DNA of 63,998 nt, filler included. It is 4 parts of 4 records of this genome, joined end to end, with 100 filler letters (N's around TTAATTAATTAA, not from the genome) between each part and the next. Parts side by side here need not be neighbours in the genome. Positions count along the whole stretch, not along the records: positions 47,701 to 57,087 come from SRR20825019_1854; positions 57,188 to 63,998 come from SRR20825019_1883; 2 more parts are not named here. The stretch is one strand, 5' to 3'. Positions 50,615-60,644 of the stretch are shown here, piece after piece (positions within the stretch are counted from its first letter, which is position 1; every line of letters starts with the position of its first letter). The position numbers and the translations under genes were made by a program. The notes below the pieces were generated by a model. It saw only the letters and a program-made list of their open reading frames with translations, ran no database searches and was not told the origin of the DNA.

Positions 50615-53600
50615 ATGGCCTCTGAGCATCAGTTCCACTCGTTGGATGACCTGTGCACCCGTCTTGGAGGTAACAACCCCATCCATAAGGTCCTGATTGC
50701 CAACAATGGACTTGCTGCTGTCAAGGGCATCGTCTCGATTCGTAACTGGCTCCACGAGCACATCAACGATGCCGACGCTATCCAAATGACCGTCCTTGCC
50801 TCCCCCGAGGATATGGGGGTCAATGCCGAGTTTATCCGTCTTTCCAACCAACACTTCGAGGTCCCTGGTGGCTCCAATGCCAACAACTATGCTAACGTAG
50901 AGCTCATTGTTGGTGCGGCCGTGCAGTACCAATGTGAAGCTGTCTACCCCGGCTGGGGTCACGCCTCCGAGAACCCATCCCTTCCTCGTGAGTGCAAGAA
51001 GACGGGTAGCGTCACCTTCCTTGGCCCCGAGGAGGGCGCCATGTTTGCCCTTGGCGACAAGATTGCTTCTACCATTGTCGCCCAGAGTAACGGCGTGCCT
51101 ACTGTCGCTTGGAGTGGAGATGCGATCCGACTTCCCATCAACACCTTCCATGTGCCCGACGATGTGTACCGTCAGGCCCACATTGCTTCCCCTGAGGAGT
51201 GCGAGGAGGTTTGCCAGCGTATTGGCTTCCCCCTTATGATTAAGGCCTCCGAGGGAGGGGGTGGTAAGGGTATCCGTAAGGTAACCAAGCTGTCCGAGGT
51301 GGCAACCGCATACATGGCCGTTGCTGAGGAGGTCAAGGGAAGCCCCGTCTTCTGCATGCGTATGCTTGACAACGTTCGTCACCTTGAGGTGCAGCTGCTC
51401 GCCGATCGTTATAACAACTGCATCGCCGTCCGTACCCGTGATTGCTCCGTTCAGCGCCGTCATCAGAAGATTATCGAGGAGGGCCCCGTTGTTGGTGTCG
51501 ACCCCGAGATGGTTCTGGCCATGGAGAAGGCTGCCATTCGTCTTGCCAAGGCCGTCGGGTACCAAGGTCTCGGTACCGTCGAGTACATGTATGACAAGAC
51601 TGAGAAGACCTTCTGCTTCTTGGAGCTCAACCCTCGAATTCAAGTGGAGCACCCTGTCAGTGAGCTGATTTCAGGTGTCAACCTCCCCGCTGCCCTCCTA
51701 TGCGTCGGTATGGGTATCCCCCTTTACCGTATCCCCGAGGTGCGTTCCTTCTACGGAGAGTTGCCCTATGAGTCATCTGTTATCGACTTCGAGAAGCGGA
51801 TGCCTCTTCCTCCCAAGAACCACACCATTGCCGTCCGCGTGACTGCCGAGAATGTCGACGAGGGATTCCGCCCCACCACTGGTAACATCGACAGCATCAG
51901 CTTCAGCAACAGCAAGGAGTGCTGGGGGTACTTCTCAGTTCCCAGCGGTGGTGGTATTCACCAGTTTGCTGACTCTCAGTTCGGCCATATCTTCGCCACC
52001 GGTGCCACAAGGGAGGAGGCCCGCAGGAGCATGGTCTTCGCCCTCCGTAACACCAGTGTTCGGGGCGAGATCCGCACCTCCCACGGCTATGTTGTGGAGC
52101 TGCTCGAGCGACAGGAGTTCCGTGAGTGTGACGTGTCTACCTCTTGGTTAGATCGCCTTATTGCTAACCGCTCCAAGGAGCCCAGCACCGTCGATATCTT
52201 CCCTCACCTCTGTGCTGCTGCCATTCACCGTATGAAGGCACAGGTTACCAAGTGCATTTCCGACTACACCACCTCCCTTCGCGGTGGCCACACCCCCTCC
52301 GTCGACCTGCTTGCCAACTTCAAGCAGGAGACCTTTGTCCACCACTCTGAGAAGTTCATCATCGACATTGTCCGCACAGGCCCTGCTGAGTATGGCCTAA
52401 CTCTTAACGACACAATGCTAGTCGTGCCCTGCCGTGATTGCGGTAGCGGTCTCCAGATGACCCTAGGTGGGAGCACCATTGTGGCATACTGCGAAGAGGA
52501 GCCCACCAGCCTGCGTATTACCGTTGGTGGTCAGTCCATGACCTTCACCGGTGATGTGGACCCTACCAAGCTCCGCTCTACTGTTCCTGGCCGCCTTGTA
52601 CGCTTTTTGGTTGCCGATGGTGGCCATATCGCCGAGCATACCGCCTATGCCGAGGTGGAGGTGATGAAGATGATCCTTCCTCTCACAAGTACCGTCTCTG
52701 GTACCGTTCATCTTCGCGCCACTGCAGGAAGTGCTCTTACCGTCGGTAAGCTTCTTGCTGAGATCGACCCCGATGATCCAAGCCGTGTTGCCCGCCCCAC
52801 TGACCGTATGGATCCCTGGCCCCAGCGTCTCCTCAACAAGAAGGCCCTCTCCTCCACTGGATTCGAGGGTATCGACGGCATTACCCGAGTCAAGGGTGCA
52901 GTCGACACCCTTTGGAACCTCATGCAGGGGTACCATCCCACCGAGGCTAACATTTCCAACGAGATCGAGGCTGCTCAGGAGGGTCTCACCAGCATGGGTC
53001 TCGAGTCGGTAACTATGGAGAAGCTCGCTTCCACCCGCAGCTTCCTGTCAGGCTTCCTAGATGCCAAGACTGCGCACGAGAAGACTAAGGCTGTCATCCA
53101 GTGCCTTGCCGAGGACTACCTCGTAGTTGAGAGCCCCTTTGATACCAATAGCCGCGAGGCTGCCATCGCCAAGCTCAAGGATGAGAATGACGAGGATCTT
53201 CAGCGTGTGTACCGTATCGACTTTGCTCACCATCAGGCCCATCGTCAGACTGTCATTGTGGCCCTTCTTAACCAGATGGGCAAGCACCGCAGCCTGATGG
53301 TTTCCTGCACTGCCCTCCTAGAGCGTATTGGCTCCCTCAAGAAGACCACTGCCTATGGTGGTGTGCTGTTGATTGCACGCTACCTACTCCGCCAATGTGC
53401 CCTCCCCTCCTTCGAGGAGCGTAAGGAGGAGCTCTGCAAGGCATTGGAGAACGACCACGTCGAGAACCTCCTCAAGGGTAGCTACAACTTCGATCTCATG
53501 TGCTCGGTTCTATTTGATAGCCGCCTTCAGAACCTCGTCCAGCCTACCCTCATGCTGTGGCTACGCAGGGCCTACTTCGGTGCTGCTGCCGTTGAGCAGG

Positions 53601-56600
53601 TAGACCTCTGGCTTCACTCCAAGTCCTGGTTCGGCCGTTTCAACTTCAAGCAACATGGTCCCGAGTTCACCGGCCTTTACCCCCTTGAGGGTACTGGTCT
53701 CATTGGTCTCTTTGCTGATGACTCCACCGTCTCCAAGCAGTTTGGCCTACTCGTACAGGAGGCCACCAAGCACAAGAACCCTACTACCGCTACAGTCTTC
53801 TTCGCTGCCCGCGCTGACACTTCCCAGGACGATGTCGCCCACCTTTGCTCCGAGGTCCTCTCCGAGCACAGTGCTGTGCTTAAGTCCTCCAGTGTCGAGG
53901 TTGTCACATTCCTTGTCCACGGTGCCCAGCAGAACGGACCTCTTATTTTCACCTTCCGCTCCTCCACCGACTTCGCTGAGGATGCCCTCTACCGCAACCT
54001 CATCCCCACCACCGCCCATCGCCTCGAGCTCCAGCGCCTCAAGCGCTACCACCTCAGCATGTTCTCCACTCCCAACCGTCAGGTCCATATCTTCAGCGCT
54101 GCCCCCCAGAAGGCCAAGTCGTCTGCCGTCGAGACCAGGCTGTTTGTGCGTATGTACGTCACTCCTCGCGATCTTGGACTTAGCGCCAACGCCACCTTGA
54201 CCACCGAGGATGCTGCCCACGTTCTTCAGTCTGCCATCGGAGCCACCGAGTTTGCTCGTGCTGACCGTAAGCTAAGCACCACCGTCTACAACCACCTCTT
54301 CTTCAATTTCATTGAGGTTGCCTTCGATTTGGGAGCTATGCATGCCCTATTCATGAAGCTTAAGGAGTCCTTCGCCACCAAGCTATACGCCCTTGGATTC
54401 CGTGAGGTCGAGATCAAGTTCAGGGTTATGACCACCGGTGGTCCCGTCACATTCCGTGTGTTCATTGTGAACCCCACCGGTCATGCTACCGCTATCCGCA
54501 GCTACATTGAGACCCTTGGCGACGATGGCCAGATCTTCCTTCAGCGCGCCGAGTACCAAGATGATCTCGACTTCCCCGGTATGTGGGAGTCTCGTGATAA
54601 TTTGGACTCAATCCCTGAATCCCCTCTCTACAAGGACGCCATGTCGGTCGTTAAGAACATGCTGCCCCGTCGTCGTGAGGGAGTGGCCCCCGCCACCGAA
54701 GAGAAGCAGATGCGCCTTGAGCCCTATGCCCACATGTCCGAGAAGCAGGTCCGTCGCCTCAACTCCCAGCTCATGGGTACCACCTACGGCCCCGACTGGC
54801 TGCTACTGATTGATGTCGTCCTCCGCCGCCAGTGGAGGGCCCTCCTCAAGCAGCGTGACCTCTCCACTGCTATCCCCAAGAAGCTTATCAACAGCACCAG
54901 CTTTACCCTCCGTGACGGTGAGCTTGTGCAAGGTGAGCCCTCCCCCAACTGTGGAGTGCTGGCCTGGTTGGTCGAGTACCTTGCCCCCAGCTACTTCAAC
55001 GTGGACACCCTTGAGACCGCCAGCCGTCGTATCGTGCTCGTTGCCAACGACATCACCCACAACTCCGGATCCTTTGCTGTCCCCGAAGATGAGCTGTTTG
55101 CAGCCGCCTCCCAGTACGCCCGTGATCACAAGCTCCCCTTCGTTTACATCAGTGCCAACAGTGGTGCCCGTCTTGGCCTCATCAGCGAGGTCAAGAAGCA
55201 CTTCAAGGTGGCCATTGATGGCGATGCCTTCTCTTACATCTACCTCGAGAAGGCCGACAAGGATGCTCTCGATGCCGCTGGTATTAAGGTTAACTGCGAG
55301 GAGGTGCTTGCCGCTGACGGCTCCACTCGTCTTAAGATCGTCGACATCATTGGTGAGGATACCGCCCACATTGGCGTCGAGAACCTCCAAGGTAGCGCCC
55401 TTATTGCAGGTGAGATGTCACTCAACTATGCCACCGTCCCCACTATCAGCATCGCCTCTGGCCGCACTGTGGGTATCGGCGCCTACCTTGTCCGTCTTGG
55501 CCGCCGTGTGGTGCAGGCTAAGGGTGCTCCTATCATCCTTACTGGCTACATGGCCCTCAACCGCCTCCTCGGCAAGGATGTCTACTCTGACAATGCCCAG
55601 CTAGGAGGTACCGATATTATGTGCCCCAACGGTGTCACCAACTGGAGCGTCGCCAACGATCTCGGAGCCGTCGAGTCCACCCTACGCTGGTTGGACTTCG
55701 TCCCTGCCGTGTCTGACTCCACTGTCACTCGTAAGCAGCTTACCCTCCCCGTCGCCGACCCCATTGATCGTGACGTTACATTCACCCCCCAGCGCTCCCT
55801 CCACTACGACCCCAGGAACCTTGTGTGCGGATGTGACACCACCACTGGAATGTTCGACAAGGGCTCATGGATCGAGTGTATGTCTGACTGGGCTAAGACC
55901 GTCGTCACTGGCCGCGCAACTCTCGGAGGAATCCCCTGCGGTGTTGTGCTCGTTGAGACCCGCACCACCAAGAAGTTCAACCCTGCTGATCCTGCCGATC
56001 CCGAGTCCGTTGCATCCATCAACCCTCAGGCCGGTCAGGTCTGGTTCCCCGATTCGGCCCGTAAGACCGCCGACTCATTGGAGGACTTCCACAAGGAGTC
56101 CCTCCCCTGCTTCGTCATTGCCAACTGGCGTGGTTTCTCTGGTGGCATGCGTGACATGTACGACCAGGTGCTCAAGTTCGGAGCGTCCATTGTTGACAAC
56201 CTACGTCAGTACACTAGCCCCGTCTTCATCTACATCCCCCCATTCGGAGAGCTGCGCGGTGGCGCTTGGGTCGTCGTCGATCCTGTAATTAACCACCACG
56301 CCGCTGTTGAGATGTATTGCGACACCACTGCCCGAGGAGGAATCCTTGAGCCCGCTGGTGTGGTCGAGATCAAGTACAGGGAGGCTGAGGTCCGTGAGCT
56401 TATTCGTCGCTCAGATGCCGAGGTTAAGTCCCTCACCACCACAAACCCTGCTGAGGCCAAGAAGCGCGAGGCAACCCTTCTACCCCTTTACAACGAGGTT
56501 GCCACTCACTTCGCAGACCTCCACGACACCCCCGGCCGCATGAAGGCCAAGGGATGCATTATCGACATCGTGCCATGGGTTAATGCCCGTAGGATCTTCC

Positions 56601-56917
56601 ACTCCAAGCTAGTCAGGAAGATGGCCGAGATGGACGCCGTCCGAACCCTTCTCACCGAGGGTGGATTCGCCACTGAGACCACAGCCAAGTTGGCATTGGA
56701 GTCCGCCTTCAACAAGACTGCCCATGCCAAGGATGCTAGCTTTGACATGGCCTTCGCTGCCTTCCTGGCCGGAGAGGAGTGCAAGACTTTTATCTCTGCC
56801 CACGTTAGCACTCATCAGACAGCAAGCCTTCGGGCTGTGCTAGGCAACAACGCAGCGTTGCTGAAGAAGCTCCTCGAGGACCCTGCCCTCCGTAAGGCCG
56901 TCGAGGGTGCCTTGTAG
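50615..56917 (+). CDS. ACC: Multidomain acetyl-CoA carboxylase (BC-BCCP-CT), kinetoplastid-like
   Basis: KVLIANNGLAAVKGI, YPGWGHASENP, KASEGGGGKGIR, RDCSVQRRHQK, ELNPRIQVEHP, biotinylation EVMKM, CT motifs ANSGARLGL, AGQVWFPDSA, ANWRGFSGG, ELRGGAWVVVD; no introns. Confidence 0.97.
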   Translation: MASEHQFHSLDDLCTRLGGNNPIHKVLIANNGLAAVKGIVSIRNWLHEHINDADAIQMTVLASPEDMGVNAEFIRLSNQHFEVPGGSNANNYANVELIVGAAVQYQCEAVYPGWGHASENPSLPRECKKTGSVTFLGPEEGAMFALGDKIASTIVAQSNGVPTVAWSGDAIRLPINTFHVPDDVYRQAHIASPEECEEVCQRIGFPLMIKASEGGGGKGIRKVTKLSEVATAYMAVAEEVKGSPVFCMRMLDNVRHLEVQLLADRYNNCIAVRTRDCSVQRRHQKIIEEGPVVGVDPEMVLAMEKAAIRLAKAVGYQGLGTVEYMYDKTEKTFCFLELNPRIQVEHPVSELISGVNLPAALLCVGMGIPLYRIPEVRSFYGELPYESSVIDFEKRMPLPPKNHTIAVRVTAENVDEGFRPTTGNIDSISFSNSKECWGYFSVPSGGGIHQFADSQFGHIFATGATREEARRSMVFALRNTSVRGEIRTSHGYVVELLERQEFRECDVSTSWLDRLIANRSKEPSTVDIFPHLCAAAIHRMKAQVTKCISDYTTSLRGGHTPSVDLLANFKQETFVHHSEKFIIDIVRTGPAEYGLTLNDTMLVVPCRDCGSGLQMTLGGSTIVAYCEEEPTSLRITVGGQSMTFTGDVDPTKLRSTVPGRLVRFLVADGGHIAEHTAYAEVEVMKMILPLTSTVSGTVHLRATAGSALTVGKLLAEIDPDDPSRVARPTDRMDPWPQRLLNKKALSSTGFEGIDGITRVKGAVDTLWNLMQGYHPTEANISNEIEAAQEGLTSMGLESVTMEKLASTRSFLSGFLDAKTAHEKTKAVIQCLAEDYLVVESPFDTNSREAAIAKLKDENDEDLQRVYRIDFAHHQAHRQTVIVALLNQMGKHRSLMVSCTALLERIGSLKKTTAYGGVLLIARYLLRQCALPSFEERKEELCKALENDHVENLLKGSYNFDLMCSVLFDSRLQNLVQPTLMLWLRRAYFGAAAVEQVDLWLHSKSWFGRFNFKQHGPEFTGLYPLEGTGLIGLFADDSTVSKQFGLLVQEATKHKNPTTATVFFAARADTSQDDVAHLCSEVLSEHSAVLKSSSVEVVTFLVHGAQQNGPLIFTFRSSTDFAEDALYRNLIPTTAHRLELQRLKRYHLSMFSTPNRQVHIFSAAPQKAKSSAVETRLFVRMYVTPRDLGLSANATLTTEDAAHVLQSAIGATEFARADRKLSTTVYNHLFFNFIEVAFDLGAMHALFMKLKESFATKLYALGFREVEIKFRVMTTGGPVTFRVFIVNPTGHATAIRSYIETLGDDGQIFLQRAEYQDDLDFPGMWESRDNLDSIPESPLYKDAMSVVKNMLPRRREGVAPATEEKQMRLEPYAHMSEKQVRRLNSQLMGTTYGPDWLLLIDVVLRRQWRALLKQRDLSTAIPKKLINSTSFTLRDGELVQGEPSPNCGVLAWLVEYLAPSYFNVDTLETASRRIVLVANDITHNSGSFAVPEDELFAAASQYARDHKLPFVYISANSGARLGLISEVKKHFKVAIDGDAFSYIYLEKADKDALDAAGIKVNCEEVLAADGSTRLKIVDIIGEDTAHIGVENLQGSALIAGEMSLNYATVPTISIASGRTVGIGAYLVRLGRRVVQAKGAPIILTGYMALNRLLGKDVYSDNAQLGGTDIMCPNGVTNWSVANDLGAVESTLRWLDFVPAVSDSTVTRKQLTLPVADPIDRDVTFTPQRSLHYDPRNLVCGCDTTTGMFDKGSWIECMSDWAKTVVTGRATLGGIPCGVVLVETRTTKKFNPADPADPESVASINPQAGQVWFPDSARKTADSLEDFHKESLPCFVIANWRGFSGGMRDMYDQVLKFGASIVDNLRQYTSPVFIYIPPFGELRGGAWVVVDPVINHHAAVEMYCDTTARGGILEPAGVVEIKYREAEVRELIRRSDAEVKSLTTTNPAEAKKREATLLPLYNEVATHFADLHDTPGRMKAKGCIIDIVPWVNARRIFHSKLVRKMAEMDAVRTLLTEGGFATETTAKLALESAFNKTAHAKDASFDMAFAAFLAGEECKTFISAHVSTHQTASLRAVLGNNAALLKKLLEDPALRKAVEGAL

Positions 56918-57087
56918 CGTAGCAGCAGTAATGCGGCGGTTAACAGTAATAAGTATCATACCAATTATCCATTGCCCATATCACCTTACCAACGAAGTAT
57001 TAAATAACAATAGAGAGGGGACCGCCTTCCTTCGATAATTCGAGGGAGGGGAGGTTGTACCGTATGCCATTTTGTATTTTTGATTCC

Positions 57088-57187
57088 NNNNNNNNNNNNN
57101 NNNNNNNNNNNNNNNNNNNNNNNNNNNNNNNTTAATTAATTAANNNNNNNNNNNNNNNNNNNNNNNNNNNNNNNNNNNNNNNNNNNN
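57088..57187. other. Artificial contig spacer
   Basis: N44-TTAATTAATTAA-N44. Confidence 0.98.
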
Positions 57188-57194
57188 CTTTGCC

Positions 57195-57221
57195 CCTTTG
57201 AACCTTTGAACCTTTGAACCT
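57195..57221. repeat. 8-bp tandem repeat (CCTTTGAA)x3 at contig start
   Basis: Directly visible; probably the cause of the assembly break. Confidence 0.8.
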
Positions 57222-57228
57222 CTAAAAA

Positions 57229-57837
57229 TTAACACTCAATAGTTCTAAAAGTAAGATTAATTCTAGGCATTAAAGTCTGTTTGGTAGGTGGGAGTCGGTG
57301 TAACCAATGCGTTTGTGTAAGTCCTTTCATTTCTAAAAGACTCCCATTTTCAAGAATTATATCTATTTTTTCTTTGGTTGATTTATGTTTAAAAGAAAAT
57401 TTCCTTACCGCTCCAAAACTCAAGGAACCAATCGCTCCATTTGTTTTAAGTGCTGTTTCTCCATCACTATGCCAAGCCATTCCTTCACTCCCATCATGAT
57501 ACAAATTTAGTAAGCAAGAGTTAAAAGTCTCTCCCGTAACTTCTTCTGTTTTTTTCTTTAATTCTAATAATACTTTTGTCCACGGAAGTGCAGATTTAGT
57601 TGTTTTAGAATACGTATACTGAAAAGGCTCATCTCCATACCAAGCTACTTTTCGTTTTGTTATTATTCTTTTCCCGAAGATGATAGCTTCATCATTTTTC
57701 CAATGGATATTATTGAATAACTCTTCATAAAAAGCTATCGCCTCTTTATTATTAAATATTTTTCCGTAGTAATAAACCTCTCCATCTTTGTTTAAAATAT
57801 TACGTTGACTTTGAGGTGTTGCATCAAATAAATCCAT
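57229..57837 (-). CDS. AlkB-family 2OG-Fe(II) dioxygenase (ALKBH2/3-like alkylated DNA repair)
   Basis: RKVAWYGD, FNSCLLNLYHDG, HSD metal ligands, WLHRLP, RINLTFR. Confidence 0.9.
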   Translation of the reverse strand: MDLFDATPQSQRNILNKDGEVYYYGKIFNNKEAIAFYEELFNNIHWKNDEAIIFGKRIITKRKVAWYGDEPFQYTYSKTTKSALPWTKVLLELKKKTEEVTGETFNSCLLNLYHDGSEGMAWHSDGETALKTNGAIGSLSFGAVRKFSFKHKSTKEKIDIILENGSLLEMKGLTQTHWLHRLPPTKQTLMPRINLTFRTIEC

Positions 57838-58153
57838 TTATTTTCATGTAAAAAACTTACTTATATACAAAGATCAATAAATTATCCTAAGCAAGAAAAC
57901 TACACTTAAAAAACCAAACATAAACCATCCTTCAGATTATTATTAGAATTAAAGGTATAGAGATCTGTAATAGTTTATAAAGGAAAGTATAATGTTTCCC
58001 TATTAAAAATAGAAAGTAGATTTACTGAAATAATTTCATAACTCTTACCATATAATCTTTACCCTATTTTCTTTCAGCAAGGCGGTCTTACACCTCAAGA
58101 GGTTATAAATAAATTTTCACAAAACATAAACAACATGCTACCATATTGTTTGT

Positions 58154-58161
58154 TAAATTTG
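58154..58161 (+). promoter_or_regulatory. Bacteroidetes -7 promoter element TAAATTTG for uvrB
   Basis: Matches TAnnTTTG, 4 nt before the ATG. Confidence 0.55.
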
Positions 58162-58165
58162 TAAG

Positions 58166-60157
58166 ATGCGATTCACTATAAAATCAGACTACAAACCAAC
58201 GGGAGATCAACCAAATGCAATCAAACAGTTGGTTGAAGGAATTGATTCCGAAGAAAAATACCAAACCCTTTTAGGAGTTACAGGATCTGGAAAAACTTTT
58301 ACGGTTGCCAATGTTATTGAAACGGTACAAAAACCAACCTTGGTTTTAGCGCACAATAAAACATTGGCTGCACAATTATATTCAGAATTCAAACAATTCT
58401 TCCCCGATAATGCGGTAGAATATTTTGTTTCTTATTATGATTATTATCAGCCCGAAGCCTATATTCCAGTAACTGGAACCTATATTGAAAAAGATTTATC
58501 TATAAATGATGAAATTGAAAAACTCCGATTAAGCGCTACTTCTTCCTTACTTTCTGGGCGAAGAGATGTATTGGTTGTAGCTTCTGTTTCTTGCTTGTAT
58601 GGTATTGGAAATCCTGTTGAATTTCAGAAAAATGTAATTTCTATTGAGAGAGATCAAGTAATTTCTCGTACTAAACTTTTACACCGACTAGTACAAAGTT
58701 TATACGCACGTACTACTGCAGAATTTACTCATGGAAGTTTTAGAGTAAAAGGAGATGTTGTAGATGTGTATCCTAGTTATGCTGATGATGCTTTTAGAAT
58801 TCATTTTTTTGGTGATGAAATTGAAGAAATTGAAGCTTTTGATCCGAACACAAACAAGGTTTTAGAAAAATACGACCGACTCAATATCTACCCTGCAAAT
58901 ATGTTTGTTACCTCGCCAGATGTGCTACAAAATGCTATCCATCAAATTCAAGATGATATGGTAAAGCAAGTGGATTATTTTAAAGAAGTAGGGAAACCTT
59001 TGGAAGCAAAACGTTTGGAAGAACGTACTAATTTTGACTTAGAAATGATTCGCGAATTAGGGTATTGCAGCGGTATTGAAAACTACTCTCGTTACCTAGA
59101 TGGAAGACAACCAGGAACTCGCCCTTTCTGTCTATTAGATTATTTTCCAGATGATTACTTAATGGTTGTAGATGAAAGTCATGTTACCATTCCTCAAGTA
59201 CATGCCATGTATGGCGGCGATAGAAGTAGGAAAGAAAACTTAGTAGAATACGGATTTAGGCTACCCGCAGCAATGGACAATAGACCCTTAAAATTTGAAG
59301 AATTTGAGGCATTACAGAACCAAGTTTTATATGTTAGCGCAACGCCAGCAGATTATGAATTGCAACTAAGCGATGGAGTCTATGTAGAGCAAGTAATTAG
59401 GCCAACAGGCTTATTAGACCCTGTTATTGAAGTTCGTCCAAGCGAGAATCAGATTGACGATTTAGTAGAAGAAATCCAGCAACGAGTGGAAAAAGATGAA
59501 CGTATTTTGGTTACGACTCTTACCAAAAGAATGGCTGAAGAGCTTACAAAATATTTAAGTCGGATTCAAATTCGTTGTCGTTATATCCACAGTGATGTAG
59601 ACACCTTAGAGCGGGTAGAAATTATGCAAGATTTACGAAAGGGAATTTTTGATGTTCTTATTGGTGTAAATCTTTTAAGAGAAGGACTTGATTTACCAGA
59701 AGTTTCTCTTGTTGCTATTTTAGATGCTGATAAAGAAGGTTTTTTACGTAGTGCACGTTCATTAACGCAAACAGTAGGGAGAGCGGCTCGAAATTTAAAT
59801 GGTAAAGCTATTATGTACGCTGATAAAATAACGGCGAGTATGCAAAAAACTATAGACGAAACCACCTACCGTAGAGAAAAACAAATAAATTATAACACCA
59901 AACACAATCTTGTTCCTACAGCACTTAAGAAAAACCTTGATAGTGCCTTAGGAAAAAACTCAATCTCCACTTATCAACTAGAAAAAGAAGCTGCAAGACA
60001 AGCTGCAGAACCTGAATTAGATTACTTACCAAAAGAAAAAATCGAAAAGATTATTCGAGATAAACGTAAATCTATGGAAAAAGCAGCCAAAGAACTCGAT
60101 TTTATGGAAGCTGCAAAATTACGAGACGAAATAAAGAGCTTGCAAGAGCGTATTTAA
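58166..60157 (+). CDS. uvrB: Excinuclease ABC subunit B
   Basis: PTGDQP, GVTGSGKT, YYDYYQPEAY, DESH, GFRLPAA.DNRPL, C-terminal UVR motif LDFMEAAKLRDEI. Confidence 0.98.
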   Translation: MRFTIKSDYKPTGDQPNAIKQLVEGIDSEEKYQTLLGVTGSGKTFTVANVIETVQKPTLVLAHNKTLAAQLYSEFKQFFPDNAVEYFVSYYDYYQPEAYIPVTGTYIEKDLSINDEIEKLRLSATSSLLSGRRDVLVVASVSCLYGIGNPVEFQKNVISIERDQVISRTKLLHRLVQSLYARTTAEFTHGSFRVKGDVVDVYPSYADDAFRIHFFGDEIEEIEAFDPNTNKVLEKYDRLNIYPANMFVTSPDVLQNAIHQIQDDMVKQVDYFKEVGKPLEAKRLEERTNFDLEMIRELGYCSGIENYSRYLDGRQPGTRPFCLLDYFPDDYLMVVDESHVTIPQVHAMYGGDRSRKENLVEYGFRLPAAMDNRPLKFEEFEALQNQVLYVSATPADYELQLSDGVYVEQVIRPTGLLDPVIEVRPSENQIDDLVEEIQQRVEKDERILVTTLTKRMAEELTKYLSRIQIRCRYIHSDVDTLERVEIMQDLRKGIFDVLIGVNLLREGLDLPEVSLVAILDADKEGFLRSARSLTQTVGRAARNLNGKAIMYADKITASMQKTIDETTYRREKQINYNTKHNLVPTALKKNLDSALGKNSISTYQLEKEAARQAAEPELDYLPKEKIEKIIRDKRKSMEKAAKELDFMEAAKLRDEIKSLQERI

Positions 60158-60166
60158 ATTAGAATA

Positions 60167-60559
60167 ATGCCGAAACAATTTATTATCAATGGGGACAAAA
60201 TTCATGATATCCCTTCTTTTTACAAAGAGATAAATCGGTTATTTATGAGCGCTGAAAACTGGAAAATTTCTGAAAGTTTAGATGCTTTAAACGATTTGTT
60301 TTATGGTGGTTTTGGCGCATTAAAGTCGGTTGAAAAATTTGATTTGATTTGGAAGAATATCAGTAAAAATAAATCTGATTTAGGAATAGAAGCTACATTA
60401 AATTTTTATAAAAAGAAACTCGAAGAACCTGCTGTATTTAATATTGATTTCATTCAAAAAAAGATAACCGCATTAGAGCAAGGGACTGGTCAAACCTACT
60501 TTGAAATTATAATGGAAATCATTAAAAATCATCCAAGAATTAATTTAATCGAAGTATGA
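60167..60559 (+). CDS. Barstar-family (ribonuclease inhibitor-like) protein
   Basis: FIINGDKI...FYKEINRLF...SLDALNDLFYGGFG barstar-like signature. Confidence 0.75.
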   Translation: MPKQFIINGDKIHDIPSFYKEINRLFMSAENWKISESLDALNDLFYGGFGALKSVEKFDLIWKNISKNKSDLGIEATLNFYKKKLEEPAVFNIDFIQKKITALEQGTGQTYFEIIMEIIKNHPRINLIEV

Positions 60560-60644
60560 TTTTTAAAGTTATGGAAACGTCTTAACTATTTAAATCAATA
60601 ATATCATAAAACACTAATAATAAATACTTTACACGACTTAAATA

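Noticed and set aside
50591-51652. 353-aa antisense ORF over ACC
   Set aside because: Antisense shadow of a strongly codon-biased gene
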